A DNA stretch of 33,161 nucleotides from Patescibacteria group bacterium. GTDB taxonomy: Bacteria > Patescibacteriota > Minisyncoccia > Phycocordibacterales > Zambryskibacteraceae. The notes under the pieces are model-generated. The model searched no databases. It had not been told where the DNA came from and saw nothing but the letters and a program-made list of their open reading frames with translations. The DNA lies in the NCBI GenBank assembly GCA_038058745.1, contig JBBUAI010000011.1:1-33161 (forward strand), in the 5' to 3' direction. Below are positions 9,570-19,547 of this stretch, in pieces (the first letter of the stretch is position 1; each line of letters starts with the position of its first letter). A program made the position numbers and the translations under genes.

Positions 9570-10235
9570 ATGCTTACCTTAAAGGCGGAAATTCGAGATA
9601 CAGAAACTAAACTGGATATATTTAGAAAAGCGGGGAAAATACCCGCAGTCTTTTACGGTAAAAAGGAAGCATCCACTTCTATTGTCATTCCTAAAATTGA
9701 TTTCCTCAAGGTCTGGAAAGAGGCTGGCGAATCGACTGTTGTTACATTAGAGACCCCTCAAGGAAACAAAGAGAGTCTCATCCAGGACGTCGATATCGAC
9801 CCTGTCTCGGGCGCCCCGCGCCATGCCGATTTCTACGTCTTTGAAAAGGGGCACAAGGTCAAGGTTGCTCTCCCCATTGAATTTATCGGCGTCGCTCCCG
9901 CGGTCAAAGACCAGGGCGGAATTCTGGTCAAAGTTCTCCACGAACTCAAGGTGGAAGCCATGCCGAGAGACCTTCCGCACAATATCTCCGCCGACCTAAG
10001 TATGCTCGCTAATTTCGGAGACCAGATACTTGCAAAGGACCTGCAAATGCCCCAAGGAGTCTCTCCACTGGTAAATCCCGAAGACGTGGTGGCTTTAGTC
10101 TCGGCTCCCCGCGAAGAGAAGGAGGAGGAAGTTGCCCCAATAGACCTGTCGGCAATTGAAGTCGAGAAGAAGGGCAAAGAGGAAGCTCCAGCCGAAGAAG
10201 GAGCCCCGCCAGCAGAAGAAAGGGAGGAGGAATAA
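9570..10235 (+). CDS. rplY: 50S ribosomal protein L25/Ctc (long form)
   Basis: GKIPAVFYG, HADF, AVK..GG.L, acidic tail. Confidence 0.95.
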   Translation: MLTLKAEIRDTETKLDIFRKAGKIPAVFYGKKEASTSIVIPKIDFLKVWKEAGESTVVTLETPQGNKESLIQDVDIDPVSGAPRHADFYVFEKGHKVKVALPIEFIGVAPAVKDQGGILVKVLHELKVEAMPRDLPHNISADLSMLANFGDQILAKDLQMPQGVSPLVNPEDVVALVSAPREEKEEEVAPIDLSAIEVEKKGKEEAPAEEGAPPAEEREEE

Positions 10236-10246
10236 TCAAATTCCTG

Positions 10247-11602
10247 ATGCGAAAGTTCTTGATACTTTTAATATCTGTTTCTATTTCTCTGCCTGTATTT
10301 GTGGCAGCTCAATCCGCGTGCACTTCGGAGACCGCCGGCAAGAGCCGCTCCCAGCTTGAGCGGGAACTCGAGGCCTGCAACATGGAAATTGCGCAGTGGC
10401 AGGAGACTTTGAATAAAACAAAACAAGAGAGCGCCTCTTTCGCCCGGGACGTCGCGGCCCTAACGGCGAAGATTAATGCCGCTCAAGCCAATATCAAAGG
10501 AAAGAATATAGCCATCGCCAACCTGACCAAGGATATCGCCGTCAAACAGTCGGAAATTTCGGCTCTTGATGCCCGGATTTCCAGAGGCAAGCAGGCCATT
10601 GCCGCAATTTTAAGAAAGACTAATGATATCAGTTCATACTCGCTCCTTGAGAACATACTTTCAGACAAGACCTTGTCTGATTTCTTTGTGGACATGGATA
10701 CATACGCTTCGACCGAAAATGCTTTAGACATCCTTTTCGATGAACTGCGCGCCGCCATAGCCCTGACAGAGAGTGAAAAGGTGGCTTTAGCTAAGAAGCG
10801 CGAAGCCCAAGCGGCGGCCAAAGCGGCTATTGAAGCGGCCAAGAAGGAAGTGGAGATAAGCCAGGCTCAGAAGAAAACGCTTCTTGCAGTAAGCCAGAAT
10901 AACGAAAGAACTTATGCCCAAGTGCTTGCCGACAGACAGGCAAAGGCCGCCCAGATACGAGCTATTCTTTTCCCGCTTGTCGACGCCGGGGCCATTCCTT
11001 TCGGCACTGCTCTCGCGTATGCCCAGGAAGCAAGCGTCAAGACCGGGGTAAGACCCGCTCTCATTTTGGGCGTCCTTCAGCAGGAATCGAATCTGGGAGC
11101 CAACGTAGGGCGCTGCGTGATTACAAATCTTTCAAGCGGCGAAACTAGAAACACTGCGACTGGCTACCTCTGGAGAAACGGCATTCATCCGACCAGAGAC
11201 TTGCCGCTCCTGCAAACACTTCTTAATAGCTTGGGTCGGGACCCTTTGAGTACAAAAGTTTCCTGCCCAATCGCGGGAGTGCCGGGCTACGGAGGCGCCA
11301 TGGGACCGACCCAATTTATACCTTCAACATGGAATCTGATTGCTCCAAAAATTTCCGCTTATGCAGGAAAGACGACGCCCGACCCTTGGAATCCGTCCGA
11401 TGCTATCATGGCCGCCGCTATCCTTCTTGCCGGCAATGGCGCGGCAGCCGGCACTTATGAAGCCGAGCGCACCGCCGCCTGCAAATATTATTCCGGCCGT
11501 ACTTGTGGTTCTGCCAGGCATATCGCCTCCTACGGCAACCAGGTCATGACTCGCGCCTCGACGATACAGCTCACTATGATTGACCCTTTGCAAAATTTAT
11601 AA
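10247..11602 (+). CDS. Secreted coiled-coil protein with C-terminal lytic transglycosylase (SLT-like) domain
   Basis: Signal peptide, long heptad coiled coil, QES..G, GAMGPTQFIPSTW, DPW...DAI. Confidence 0.85.
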   Translation: MRKFLILLISVSISLPVFVAAQSACTSETAGKSRSQLERELEACNMEIAQWQETLNKTKQESASFARDVAALTAKINAAQANIKGKNIAIANLTKDIAVKQSEISALDARISRGKQAIAAILRKTNDISSYSLLENILSDKTLSDFFVDMDTYASTENALDILFDELRAAIALTESEKVALAKKREAQAAAKAAIEAAKKEVEISQAQKKTLLAVSQNNERTYAQVLADRQAKAAQIRAILFPLVDAGAIPFGTALAYAQEASVKTGVRPALILGVLQQESNLGANVGRCVITNLSSGETRNTATGYLWRNGIHPTRDLPLLQTLLNSLGRDPLSTKVSCPIAGVPGYGGAMGPTQFIPSTWNLIAPKISAYAGKTTPDPWNPSDAIMAAAILLAGNGAAAGTYEAERTAACKYYSGRTCGSARHIASYGNQVMTRASTIQLTMIDPLQNL

Positions 11603-11624
11603 TTTGTGATAAAATAACATTTAA

Positions 11625-11888
11625 ATGAAGAGGGAAATTCATCCAACCAATTATCGGCCGGTGCTTTTTATAGACAATGCCGACGGCACTGAATTCATCA
11701 TTCCCTCAACTGTAAAGACTATTGAGACCGGTAAGTCGAAAAATGATAAAAAGGAATATCCTATTTTCCGCGTGGAAATTTCTTCCGCCACCCATCCTTT
11801 CTATACCGGCGAAGCAAAAGTTCTCGACTCCGCCGGCCGTGTTGAGCGCTTCAAGCAAAGACAGGCCAAAGCTAAAAAGCGAAAGTAA
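11625..11888 (+). CDS. rpmE2: 50S ribosomal protein L31, type B (zinc-independent)
   Basis: [27 protein letters not shown]; no CxxC. Confidence 0.95.
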   Translation: MKREIHPTNYRPVLFIDNADGTEFIIPSTVKTIETGKSKNDKKEYPIFRVEISSATHPFYTGEAKVLDSAGRVERFKQRQAKAKKRK

Positions 11889-12622
11889 TGGATTGGCAAG
11901 AGTGGAAAAAACAAGAAAAAGCGAAAGTGGAGGAATTTCCGAATGAAATAATCTTGGAAATCCGGGCTGGCGCCGGGGGAGTTGAAGCGGCTCTCTTTGC
12001 CGAAGAGCTGGCGAATATGTACATCTCTTATGCCAAGAGGCAGGGGTGGGCCGTCTCCGAGATAGATGAATTGTCTTTCGAGATTCGCGGCAAGGATGCT
12101 TATAGGAAACTCCGTTATGAGACCGGAGTGCATCGCATCCAGCGCGTGCCGGAGACCGAGAAGATGGGCCGGGTCCATACTTCCACCGCCTCGGTGGCTA
12201 TACTTCCCGTAAGAAAGAAAACGACCATAGAGATAAAGCCCTCTGACCTTGAAATAGAGACTTCGCGCTCCGGCGGAGCCGGCGGGCAGAACGTCAATAA
12301 GGTGGAAACAGCCGTGCGCATCATCCATAAACCTACCGGCATCGATGTCCGTTCAACTTCCCAGAGAAGCCAGCTTAAAAACAAGGAGATGGCCATGTCC
12401 ATCCTCATAGCCAAACTTGAAGTCAAGAAAGAGGAGGAGGAAACGGCCAAATATTCCGCGGACAGGAAAAGTCAGATTGGCACCGCCGACCGTTCCGAAA
12501 AAATCCGTACTTACAACGTTTTACAGGACCGCATTACTGACCATCGCATTAAAAAATCCTGGCACAATATCGAAAAAATTTTAAAAGGGGAAATCGAGCC
12601 GATTCTAGACGCGATGCAATAA
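11888..12622 (+). CDS. prfA: Peptide chain release factor 1, N-terminally shortened (244 aa)
   Basis: [24 protein letters not shown] (PxT motif), [12 protein letters not shown]...RITDHRI; TAATG-coupled to rpmE2. Confidence 0.9.
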   Translation: MDWQEWKKQEKAKVEEFPNEIILEIRAGAGGVEAALFAEELANMYISYAKRQGWAVSEIDELSFEIRGKDAYRKLRYETGVHRIQRVPETEKMGRVHTSTASVAILPVRKKTTIEIKPSDLEIETSRSGGAGGQNVNKVETAVRIIHKPTGIDVRSTSQRSQLKNKEMAMSILIAKLEVKKEEEETAKYSADRKSQIGTADRSEKIRTYNVLQDRITDHRIKKSWHNIEKILKGEIEPILDAMQ

Positions 12623-12646
12623 TTCTGCTAGACTAGACAGCGCTTT

Positions 12647-13387
12647 ATGGAAAAAACGGGGAACACTTCAGGCGCGGGAGAGGGCGTGGTTAACGCTCTT
12701 TTTTCGGTTGGAGCCCATTTCGGCTTTGTTAAATCGCGCCGCCATCCGTCAGTTAAGCCCTTTATCTTCGGGTCGAAAAACAACATTGAAATCTTCGACC
12801 TCGAGAAAACCGTGAAGGAACTCGAACGCGCGCTTGGCTTCATCGAGAAGCAGGGTAAGGCGGGCACCGCAGGTCTTATAGTTGGAAGTAAAAGCGAGGC
12901 GAGAGAAGCGGTTAAAAGAACGGGCAAGGAACTTGAGATGCCTTACGTAGCCGGCCGCTGGATTGGCGGTACTATTACCAATTTTCCGGAAATCAAGAAG
13001 CGCATCATACGCCTTGAAGAGCTCACAGGCCAGCGGGAAAGGGGTGAACTTGCGAAATATACCAAGAAAGAGCGTTTGCTGATTGACCGCGAAATCGACA
13101 AACTCACTTTATACTTTGGCGGCGTCTCGACCTTGAGGGCTCTGCCAAAGTTCCTCATTGTAATGGACCCCAAAAAAGAATATATCGCTGTCGCTGAAGC
13201 TAGGAAAATGCGCATTCCGACCGTAGCGCTTGCCGGCTCCGATTCCAATCTTTATGATATTGATTACGCTGTCCCGGGCAACGACTCATCGAGACAGAGC
13301 ATCGAATTTGTTTTGAATGAATTAGTCAAAGCATACAAAAAGGGTAAGGACGAGGCGTTGAAAGAAAAAGAAGAACCAAAGCAATAA
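12647..13387 (+). CDS. rpsB: 30S ribosomal protein S2
   Basis: GAHFG, RWIGGTITNF, PGND.S. Confidence 0.95.
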   Translation: MEKTGNTSGAGEGVVNALFSVGAHFGFVKSRRHPSVKPFIFGSKNNIEIFDLEKTVKELERALGFIEKQGKAGTAGLIVGSKSEAREAVKRTGKELEMPYVAGRWIGGTITNFPEIKKRIIRLEELTGQRERGELAKYTKKERLLIDREIDKLTLYFGGVSTLRALPKFLIVMDPKKEYIAVAEARKMRIPTVALAGSDSNLYDIDYAVPGNDSSRQSIEFVLNELVKAYKKGKDEALKEKEEPKQ

Positions 13388-13839
13388 TGATAACCATAGA
13401 AGAAATTAAAGCTCTAAGAGAAGAGACGGGTTTGTCTATCATGCAGTGCCAGAGAGCACTTGAAGAAGCCAAGGGCGATAAAGAGAAGGCCATAACCATC
13501 CTTAAAGCCAAGGGAGCGGAAATTGCTTCAAAAAAAAAGGGGAGAACCCTAGGGGCAGGTACGATAGCAGCTTACATCCACGCCGGAGAGACCGTAGGGG
13601 TAATGCTGGAACTTCTTTCAGAAACTGATTTCGTGGCCAAGAACCCGGAATTTAAGGGAGTGGCTAGGGAAATCGCCATGCATGTAGCAGCTATGAAGCC
13701 CACTGATACAGCAGAACTCCTCTCGCAGCCCTTTATCAAGGACCCGTCAAAGACCGTGGGGGATATTATAAACGGCACGGTTCAGAAATTCGGCGAACGG
13801 GTAGAGGTCGGCAATTTTATCCGCTACGCCATCGATTAA
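13387..13839 (+). CDS. tsf: Elongation factor Ts (short form)
   Basis: IKALREETG...C..AL, ETDFVA; follows rpsB. Confidence 0.93.
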   Translation: MITIEEIKALREETGLSIMQCQRALEEAKGDKEKAITILKAKGAEIASKKKGRTLGAGTIAAYIHAGETVGVMLELLSETDFVAKNPEFKGVAREIAMHVAAMKPTDTAELLSQPFIKDPSKTVGDIINGTVQKFGERVEVGNFIRYAID

Positions 13840-13840
13840 T

Positions 13841-14314
13841 ATGATTACTTTTGCTACTTTCATCTTTTCTGGCATAGCTCTGGCAACACTTACTCTTACG
13901 AAAAGAGTGGAAGAAAGAAGAAAGACGGGAGTCTTTCTTCTTAAGCTCATATCCAAGGGCGATGAGCGCGTGCGAGAGCTGCATCATAAATCCTTGCATC
14001 TTTATTCGACCGGCAAGGAGAAGACTGCGTTCTTCGTCAAGAAGCAACTACCTATGCGTTCGAAGAACTCGCTCCACAAACTTTATGCCAAACTTTCCGA
14101 ACAGACGAAAAAATATATGGGCGATATCAGAGATTCGCGTCTTTTGAAAAAATCCGACGGCATTTCCGAATTCTTTAAAAATATGTCCAGCATCGAGAAA
14201 GGGAAGGGGGAAATTCACGAAGATTTAGGATTTAAGATTCAGGATTTGGGAATAATAGAGCCGACAAAGAAAAGAAAGCCGCATAGAAAAGTAAAAGTGG
14301 TTGAAGTAGAATAA
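13841..14314 (+). CDS. Hypothetical basic protein with N-terminal membrane anchor
   Basis: Starts 1 bp after tsf; hydrophobic N-terminus; Lys-rich. Confidence 0.7.
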   Translation: MITFATFIFSGIALATLTLTKRVEERRKTGVFLLKLISKGDERVRELHHKSLHLYSTGKEKTAFFVKKQLPMRSKNSLHKLYAKLSEQTKKYMGDIRDSRLLKKSDGISEFFKNMSSIEKGKGEIHEDLGFKIQDLGIIEPTKKRKPHRKVKVVEVE

Positions 14315-14323
14315 CTCTTAGTG

Positions 14324-14394
14324 GCCGACGTAGCTCAGTGGCAGAGCAGCGGTTTTGTAAACCGCGTACAGGTGTTCGATTCACCTCGTCGGCT
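14324..14394 (+). tRNA. tRNA-Thr(TGT), CCA not encoded
   Basis: Acceptor GCCGACG/CGTCGGC, anticodon arm GCGGT-TTTGTAA-ACCGC, T arm AGGTG-TTCGATT-CACCT. Confidence 0.95.
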
Positions 14395-15083
14395 CATTCG
14401 TTTTCCTCAGTGCTTGTGGCAGAGGTGGAAGTGGCTGTCTTCAATAGTTTAATAGCCGGAACCTGACTTTCAAGTTCCTCGACCGTTTTAAGGCCGTAAT
14501 AGGGTTTGCCATTAATGATTAGGGCTGGAAGCTCCGGCTTCACTTTATATATGGAAGTGAGGGTGGAAATGGCGCCCAAGTCATAATAGTAATCGAAAGA
14601 ATAGACGCGCAGGTCTGGGTACTTGTCGCGGAGCGCCGTCAAGACGTAGCCCATGCGCTCGCAGTCCTCGCATTGGTCCTCATCGGAAGAATAGAAGTAG
14701 AGGATGAAGGTGGGGTGGATATTGCATTTCTCGGTCAAACGCTTCATCAGGAGATAATCTTTGATTTCAAGGAGAAAATACGAACGCTTGAGAGAATCCA
14801 CGTCTTCTTCGTTGAAGCTGGTGCTATTTTCGGCGTATGAAAGTTTCTCGCCCAAAGGGCCCAATTCTTTCGAAAGGAAGCCGGGGCCGATGTCTCTGCA
14901 GGAAGTTTCCGCGAGCAGGGCAAATTGCGTCTCGGACGAGAGAATGTCTAGCGCCACGCGGTCTTCTATCGAGCGGACATCTTCCACCTTTTTCCCGGCG
15001 AGCATATTGCTCGCCATAATGGCCGTGCCGAAGATAAGCCCGGTAATAAGGAAAGCCACTACGTATTTCTTTGAATCAACCAT
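14394..15083 (-). CDS. Membrane-anchored protein with C-terminal thioredoxin-like domain
   Basis: N-terminal TM; ILYFYS...CEDC, and P.LIING cis-Pro-like segment. ATG at 15083 overlaps the upstream TAA. Confidence 0.7.
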   Translation of the reverse strand: MVDSKKYVVAFLITGLIFGTAIMASNMLAGKKVEDVRSIEDRVALDILSSETQFALLAETSCRDIGPGFLSKELGPLGEKLSYAENSTSFNEEDVDSLKRSYFLLEIKDYLLMKRLTEKCNIHPTFILYFYSSDEDQCEDCERMGYVLTALRDKYPDLRVYSFDYYYDLGAISTLTSIYKVKPELPALIINGKPYYGLKTVEELESQVPAIKLLKTATSTSATSTEENE

Positions 15084-16336
15084 TACCTCCAACTTACCTT
15101 TCTCTTGAATATCGTGTCAAATAGGGCCTTGGAAAGCCAGAGCGGCACCATGAAGGTGTAGAGGAAGAGGTAGTAGAGGATGCCGCGATGAAATTTGAAT
15201 TTACCGTCTGCGAGCCGTATAGAAAGGTAGAGAATAAAGAGAGTGAGAGCGACTGCCAGGGCGATAATAAGCGAGAGTACGCCGGTATTCACGAAATACC
15301 AGTCAAATGACGGCCAGGAGAATTTACCATTAAACCCGACCACCTGATAGCGATTGAATATTTGAATGGCCCTTTGAACCCAGCCCGATACGACATTTAT
15401 GACCATAAAGAGACTTGAGAATATGGATATGGTGGCTATGGGCATGATGAACATGCCGAAGTGCCCGTAATTTTTATTGAAAAACAGTCCTTTGTAATCA
15501 AAGGCGTTATTAAGAAATCCGTAAGTCCAGCGCGCTCTCTGCTTTACCAATCCTCTTATATTGTCTGGAGTAGTAGTGTAGACATGGGCTCCGTGGGAGT
15601 TGACGATTTTATAATGATTCTTCTGCATGCGCATGGCCATCTCCATGTCCTCCGTCATATGGGCTTCCCGATAACCGCCAAGCTCATGGAAGACGCGGGT
15701 ACGGAAGATGGAAAACGGACCGGGAGTGACGTAGAGCGCGCCCATGGATGAGAGCATCCGGCGGAGAAAGATTGACCAGCTGTACTCGGTCTTCTGGATG
15801 TACTGCAGAATGTTTTTCGGCTCATGCACCTTGATTGAAGAAGTTACCGCCATTACGGAGCCGTCTTCAAAGTGGGGAACTATTTTCCGCAAGGCGCTTG
15901 CCGTGACGAATGAATCGGCGTCGAGACAACCGACCAAAGCCGATGTCACATTCTCAATGGCAAGATTGACGGCAGTATGCTTGCCTCCGTTTGTTTTATC
16001 CAATATTTTCACTTGCGGATTGGATTTAAATTGAGCGAGGACTTCCAGGGTACTGTCTGTCGAACCATCATTGACCAAGACAAGCGACAACTTCTCTTTC
16101 GGATAGTCGAGATTCAAGAGCGATTCGATGGTGGCTCTGACCGTTTTTTCCTCATTAAAACAAGGCACTACGATGGTAACGGCGGGGTTCAAGGCCTCTG
16201 GACGAGGCCTTGAGAGCCATTCATTCTCGCGTCTTATTTCCGAGCGCACTTCAAGGTAAGTAATGAGCAGAAACACTTCGAAAAAAAGCGAGATGAAAAG
16301 GGAACAATAAAGAATAATGGTTTGAAACTCGGCCAT
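15083..16336 (-). CDS. Processive GT2 glycosyltransferase (PgaC/IcaA/cellulose-synthase-like)
   Basis: PCFNEE, NDGSTD, GGK, DADS, TED, QRARW (D,D,D,QxxRW) plus TM helices. Confidence 0.9.
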   Translation of the reverse strand: MAEFQTIILYCSLFISLFFEVFLLITYLEVRSEIRRENEWLSRPRPEALNPAVTIVVPCFNEEKTVRATIESLLNLDYPKEKLSLVLVNDGSTDSTLEVLAQFKSNPQVKILDKTNGGKHTAVNLAIENVTSALVGCLDADSFVTASALRKIVPHFEDGSVMAVTSSIKVHEPKNILQYIQKTEYSWSIFLRRMLSSMGALYVTPGPFSIFRTRVFHELGGYREAHMTEDMEMAMRMQKNHYKIVNSHGAHVYTTTPDNIRGLVKQRARWTYGFLNNAFDYKGLFFNKNYGHFGMFIMPIATISIFSSLFMVINVVSGWVQRAIQIFNRYQVVGFNGKFSWPSFDWYFVNTGVLSLIIALAVALTLFILYLSIRLADGKFKFHRGILYYLFLYTFMVPLWLSKALFDTIFKRKVSWR

Positions 16337-16372
16337 TGCGATAAAAGTTACTATACCATAGCATATAAGACG

Positions 16373-17521
16373 ATGTCGGAAAAGATAATCATACAGTCGG
16401 AGGAAGAGCGGGTCTTACGGCAAAAACTTGAAGAAAGACATGATGCGGAGGCGGAGAGGATGAAACGGCTTTTGAATATGCCTGACTTGTCCAGAATTGC
16501 AGGAAGCCCAATTAAGGCCATTATTGACCACATCTTGAATCAGGGCGATTTTAAGAATTTCGACACGATACAAACACCGGAAATAATTGACTCGGAGCTG
16601 ATTTTTAAACTCTTTAATTATCCTAAAGACCATACGGAAAGATCGCCGTCTAATACTTACTATATAGACAAGAAATACATTCTTCGGCCATTGACAACGA
16701 TTATGTGGCATTACTATTTGAACCAACCCGAAACCAAAAAACGAATTGAGGCAGAAGATACGCTCGGATTTTTCTCATTCGGCAAAGTCTACCGTAAGGA
16801 TGAAATAGATCGAACGCACATGAATGTCTTCCACCAGATGGATGGCGGATTCCTTATACCGAAAGCTAGAAAAAATATCTCTATCGATGATTTACAGGAC
16901 GTTCTCGTAAATATTGCAAAAGCCGTGTTCGGTATAGATATTAAATACCGATTCAATAAAGATATTTTCCCTTATACTGATCCCTCTCTGGAAATGGAGG
17001 TGGAAGTTAATGGCCGGTGGGTAGAGGTGCTTGGGTGCGGCATTATGACTGACGCGCTTGTACGAAATATGGGGCTTGACCCCGCCAAATGGAGCAACTG
17101 GGCATTTGGGTTCGGTATCGAGCGATTGGCCATAATTTCTATGGACCTGCCGGACATACGTTTACTCTGGTCAAATGATGAGCGGGTGAAAAAGCAGCTC
17201 AAGCTGGGGCAGAAATATAAAGAAGTTTCCAAATTCCCGCCGGTCATACGCGACATCTCTTTCATCGTGCCTAAAGCTTTCATCCTTAACGATTACTTCG
17301 ACCTGATACGAGAAGTGGGGGAGGGCATAGTAGAAAACGTAGAGCTTCTAGATAAATACGAGAATGCCGAGAAGTTCGGAGAAGATAAAATTTCATACAC
17401 TTTCCGCATTACCTACCGCCATCTCGAGAGAACCCTTACCAATGAGGAAGTGAACAAAATCCACGCCGAATTGGAGAGGAGAACTGAGTCGGATTTCAAG
17501 GCGGAAATTAGAAGAATCTAA
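16373..17521 (+). CDS. pheS: Single-chain phenylalanyl-tRNA synthetase (PheS catalytic core fused to FDX-ACB anticodon-binding domain)
   Basis: Motif 2 YRKDEIDRTH..VFHQMDG, FPYTDPS.E, WVEVLGCG, motif 3 AFGFGIERLA, DIRLLW; then SKFPPVIRDISF...YRHLERTLTNEEV (B8 domain). Confidence 0.92.
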   Translation: MSEKIIIQSEEERVLRQKLEERHDAEAERMKRLLNMPDLSRIAGSPIKAIIDHILNQGDFKNFDTIQTPEIIDSELIFKLFNYPKDHTERSPSNTYYIDKKYILRPLTTIMWHYYLNQPETKKRIEAEDTLGFFSFGKVYRKDEIDRTHMNVFHQMDGGFLIPKARKNISIDDLQDVLVNIAKAVFGIDIKYRFNKDIFPYTDPSLEMEVEVNGRWVEVLGCGIMTDALVRNMGLDPAKWSNWAFGFGIERLAIISMDLPDIRLLWSNDERVKKQLKLGQKYKEVSKFPPVIRDISFIVPKAFILNDYFDLIREVGEGIVENVELLDKYENAEKFGEDKISYTFRITYRHLERTLTNEEVNKIHAELERRTESDFKAEIRRI

Positions 17522-17577
17522 TCCCCAAAATCGCTTTCTTTTAGGCCTTATTTATGCTAGAATAAGGGTAAAGAGAT

Positions 17578-19545
17578 ATGGCAGAAAAAGAGCAGAGAGG
17601 AGCGCATAAATACAGCGCGGAGTCCATTACCGTCCTGGAAGGATTAGAGCCCGTTCGCAAGAGGCCGGGAATGTACATCGGTACTACGGGGCCGGACGGC
17701 TTGCACCACCTGGTAGTTGAAATTTTCGATAACTCAAGGGACGAAGCCATGGGCGGTTTCGCCAATGACATCGAAATCACCCTCTTGCCCGGCAACCGAG
17801 TCCGTGTAGCCGACAACGGCCGCGGCATACCGGTCGATATCCATAAACAAACTAAGGTTTCCGCTTTAGAGACCATCATGACTACCCTTCATGCTGGCGG
17901 CAAATTTGGCGGGGAAGGATACAAGGTCTCCGGCGGCCTTCACGGCGTCGGCGGCTCGGTGGTCAACGCTCTTTCCATCTTTTGCCGCGCCGAAGTCCAT
18001 CGCGATGGCGGAGTCTACGTTCAGGAATACAGCCAGGGCAAGCCGAAATCGAAAGTGAAGAAGGTGGAAGGTTCTAATCTGCACGGCACTATCATCACTT
18101 TTGAGCCGGACCCGGCCATCTTCCCGGATACAAATTTTAATTTTGACCGGATTGTTGCACATTTGCGCCAACAGGCATATTTGGTTAAGGGATTACGCAT
18201 ATCGGTCATTGATTTGAGAGAAATCCAAAAGGTAACCGACACCGAAGTCTTTTACATCCGTGAACTTTCTTTGGATGCGCCATCTATGTCGTTTTATTTC
18301 GAGGGTGGACTGGTTTCTCTTGTCCGTTTTGAGAATGAGCATAACAAGCCGATACACAAAAATATTTTCTATGTCGATAAGAAGGTGAACGGTAATGAAT
18401 ATGAGACTGTGGAAGTAGCCCTTCAGTACGTGGATGACATTTCTTCCCGCGTATTGCCGTTTGCCAACAATATTTATACCGCCGAAGGCGGTACTCATGT
18501 CACCGGTTTCAAGACAGCACTCACCCGAAGTCTCAATAATTACACCAGGAAGAACAATTTAGTGAGTGAGAAGGAAGATAACTTTACTGGAGACGATGTG
18601 CAGGAAGGGCTCACGGCTGTTATCTCGATAAAGCTCAAGGAAATCCAGTTCGAAGGCCAGACCAAGGCGAAATTGGGCTCGGTAGAGGCCCAGAGCATGG
18701 TTACGACGGTCTTCGGCGACGCATTCTCTGCCTTCTTGGAAGAAAATCCGGACGATGCCCGGGCCATAATCCAGAAAGTAGCGCTAGCCCTTAAGGCAAG
18801 AAAGGCGGCCAAGGCGGCCAAAGATTCCGTCCTCCGTAAGGGCGCATTAGAGGGTATGACGCTCCCCGGCAAACTCGCTGACTGTCAATCCAAGTCGGCT
18901 GAAGAGTCGGAATTATTCATCGTTGAGGGAGATTCTGCCGGCGGCACCGCCAAGCAGGGGCGGGACAGGCGCATCCAGGCAATCCTTCCCCTTAGGGGCA
19001 AAATTTTAAATATTGAACGCGCCCGTCTCGACCGAATGCTCGCGTCCGAGCAGATTAAAAACCTGGTGATTGCCTTTGGCACGGCGATAGGAGACACGTT
19101 TGATATTACAAAACTCCGTTATCATAAAATAATCATCGCCACCGATGCCGACGTCGACGGCGCGCACATCCGCACTCTTCTTCTTACGCTCCTTTATAGA
19201 TTCTTCCGCCCGCTCATTGATACAGGATATGTCTACATAGCCCAGCCGCCGCTCTACAAAATAAAACTCGGCAAGGAAATGCATTACGTCTACTCCGACG
19301 CGGAGAAAGAGAGAGTAGTCGGACCGAATACCGGCGATATTCAGCGTTATAAGGGGTTGGGGGAAATGAACGCCGAAGAACTTTGGGAGACGACCATGGA
19401 TCCAGCAAGAAGAATTTTGAAACAAGTGACTATCGATGACGCACGCGAGGCGGACCGCATCTTCGACATCCTCATGGGCACCGACGTCCCTTCCCGCAAA
19501 TCTTTCATCCAATCGAACGCCAAAAAAGCCGTTTTGGATATATAA
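17578..19545 (+). CDS. gyrB: DNA gyrase subunit B (no proteobacterial insertion)
   Basis: VRKRPGMYIG, DNGRGIP, HAGGKF, EGDSAGG, PLRGK, DADVDG, RYKGLGEM. Confidence 0.96.
   Translation: MAEKEQRGAHKYSAESITVLEGLEPVRKRPGMYIGTTGPDGLHHLVVEIFDNSRDEAMGGFANDIEITLLPGNRVRVADNGRGIPVDIHKQTKVSALETIMTTLHAGGKFGGEGYKVSGGLHGVGGSVVNALSIFCRAEVHRDGGVYVQEYSQGKPKSKVKKVEGSNLHGTIITFEPDPAIFPDTNFNFDRIVAHLRQQAYLVKGLRISVIDLREIQKVTDTEVFYIRELSLDAPSMSFYFEGGLVSLVRFENEHNKPIHKNIFYVDKKVNGNEYETVEVALQYVDDISSRVLPFANNIYTAEGGTHVTGFKTALTRSLNNYTRKNNLVSEKEDNFTGDDVQEGLTAVISIKLKEIQFEGQTKAKLGSVEAQSMVTTVFGDAFSAFLEENPDDARAIIQKVALALKARKAAKAAKDSVLRKGALEGMTLPGKLADCQSKSAEESELFIVEGDSAGGTAKQGRDRRIQAILPLRGKILNIERARLDRMLASEQIKNLVIAFGTAIGDTFDITKLRYHKIIIATDADVDGAHIRTLLLTLLYRFFRPLIDTGYVYIAQPPLYKIKLGKEMHYVYSDAEKERVVGPNTGDIQRYKGLGEMNAEELWETTMDPARRILKQVTIDDAREADRIFDILMGTDVPSRKSFIQSNAKKAVLDI
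19516..19545 (+). repeat. Direct repeat copy 1 (last 10 codons of gyrB)
   Basis: aacgccaaaaaagccgttttggatatataa; 27/30 identical to 20197-20226. Confidence 0.9.
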
Positions 19546-19547
19546 TC

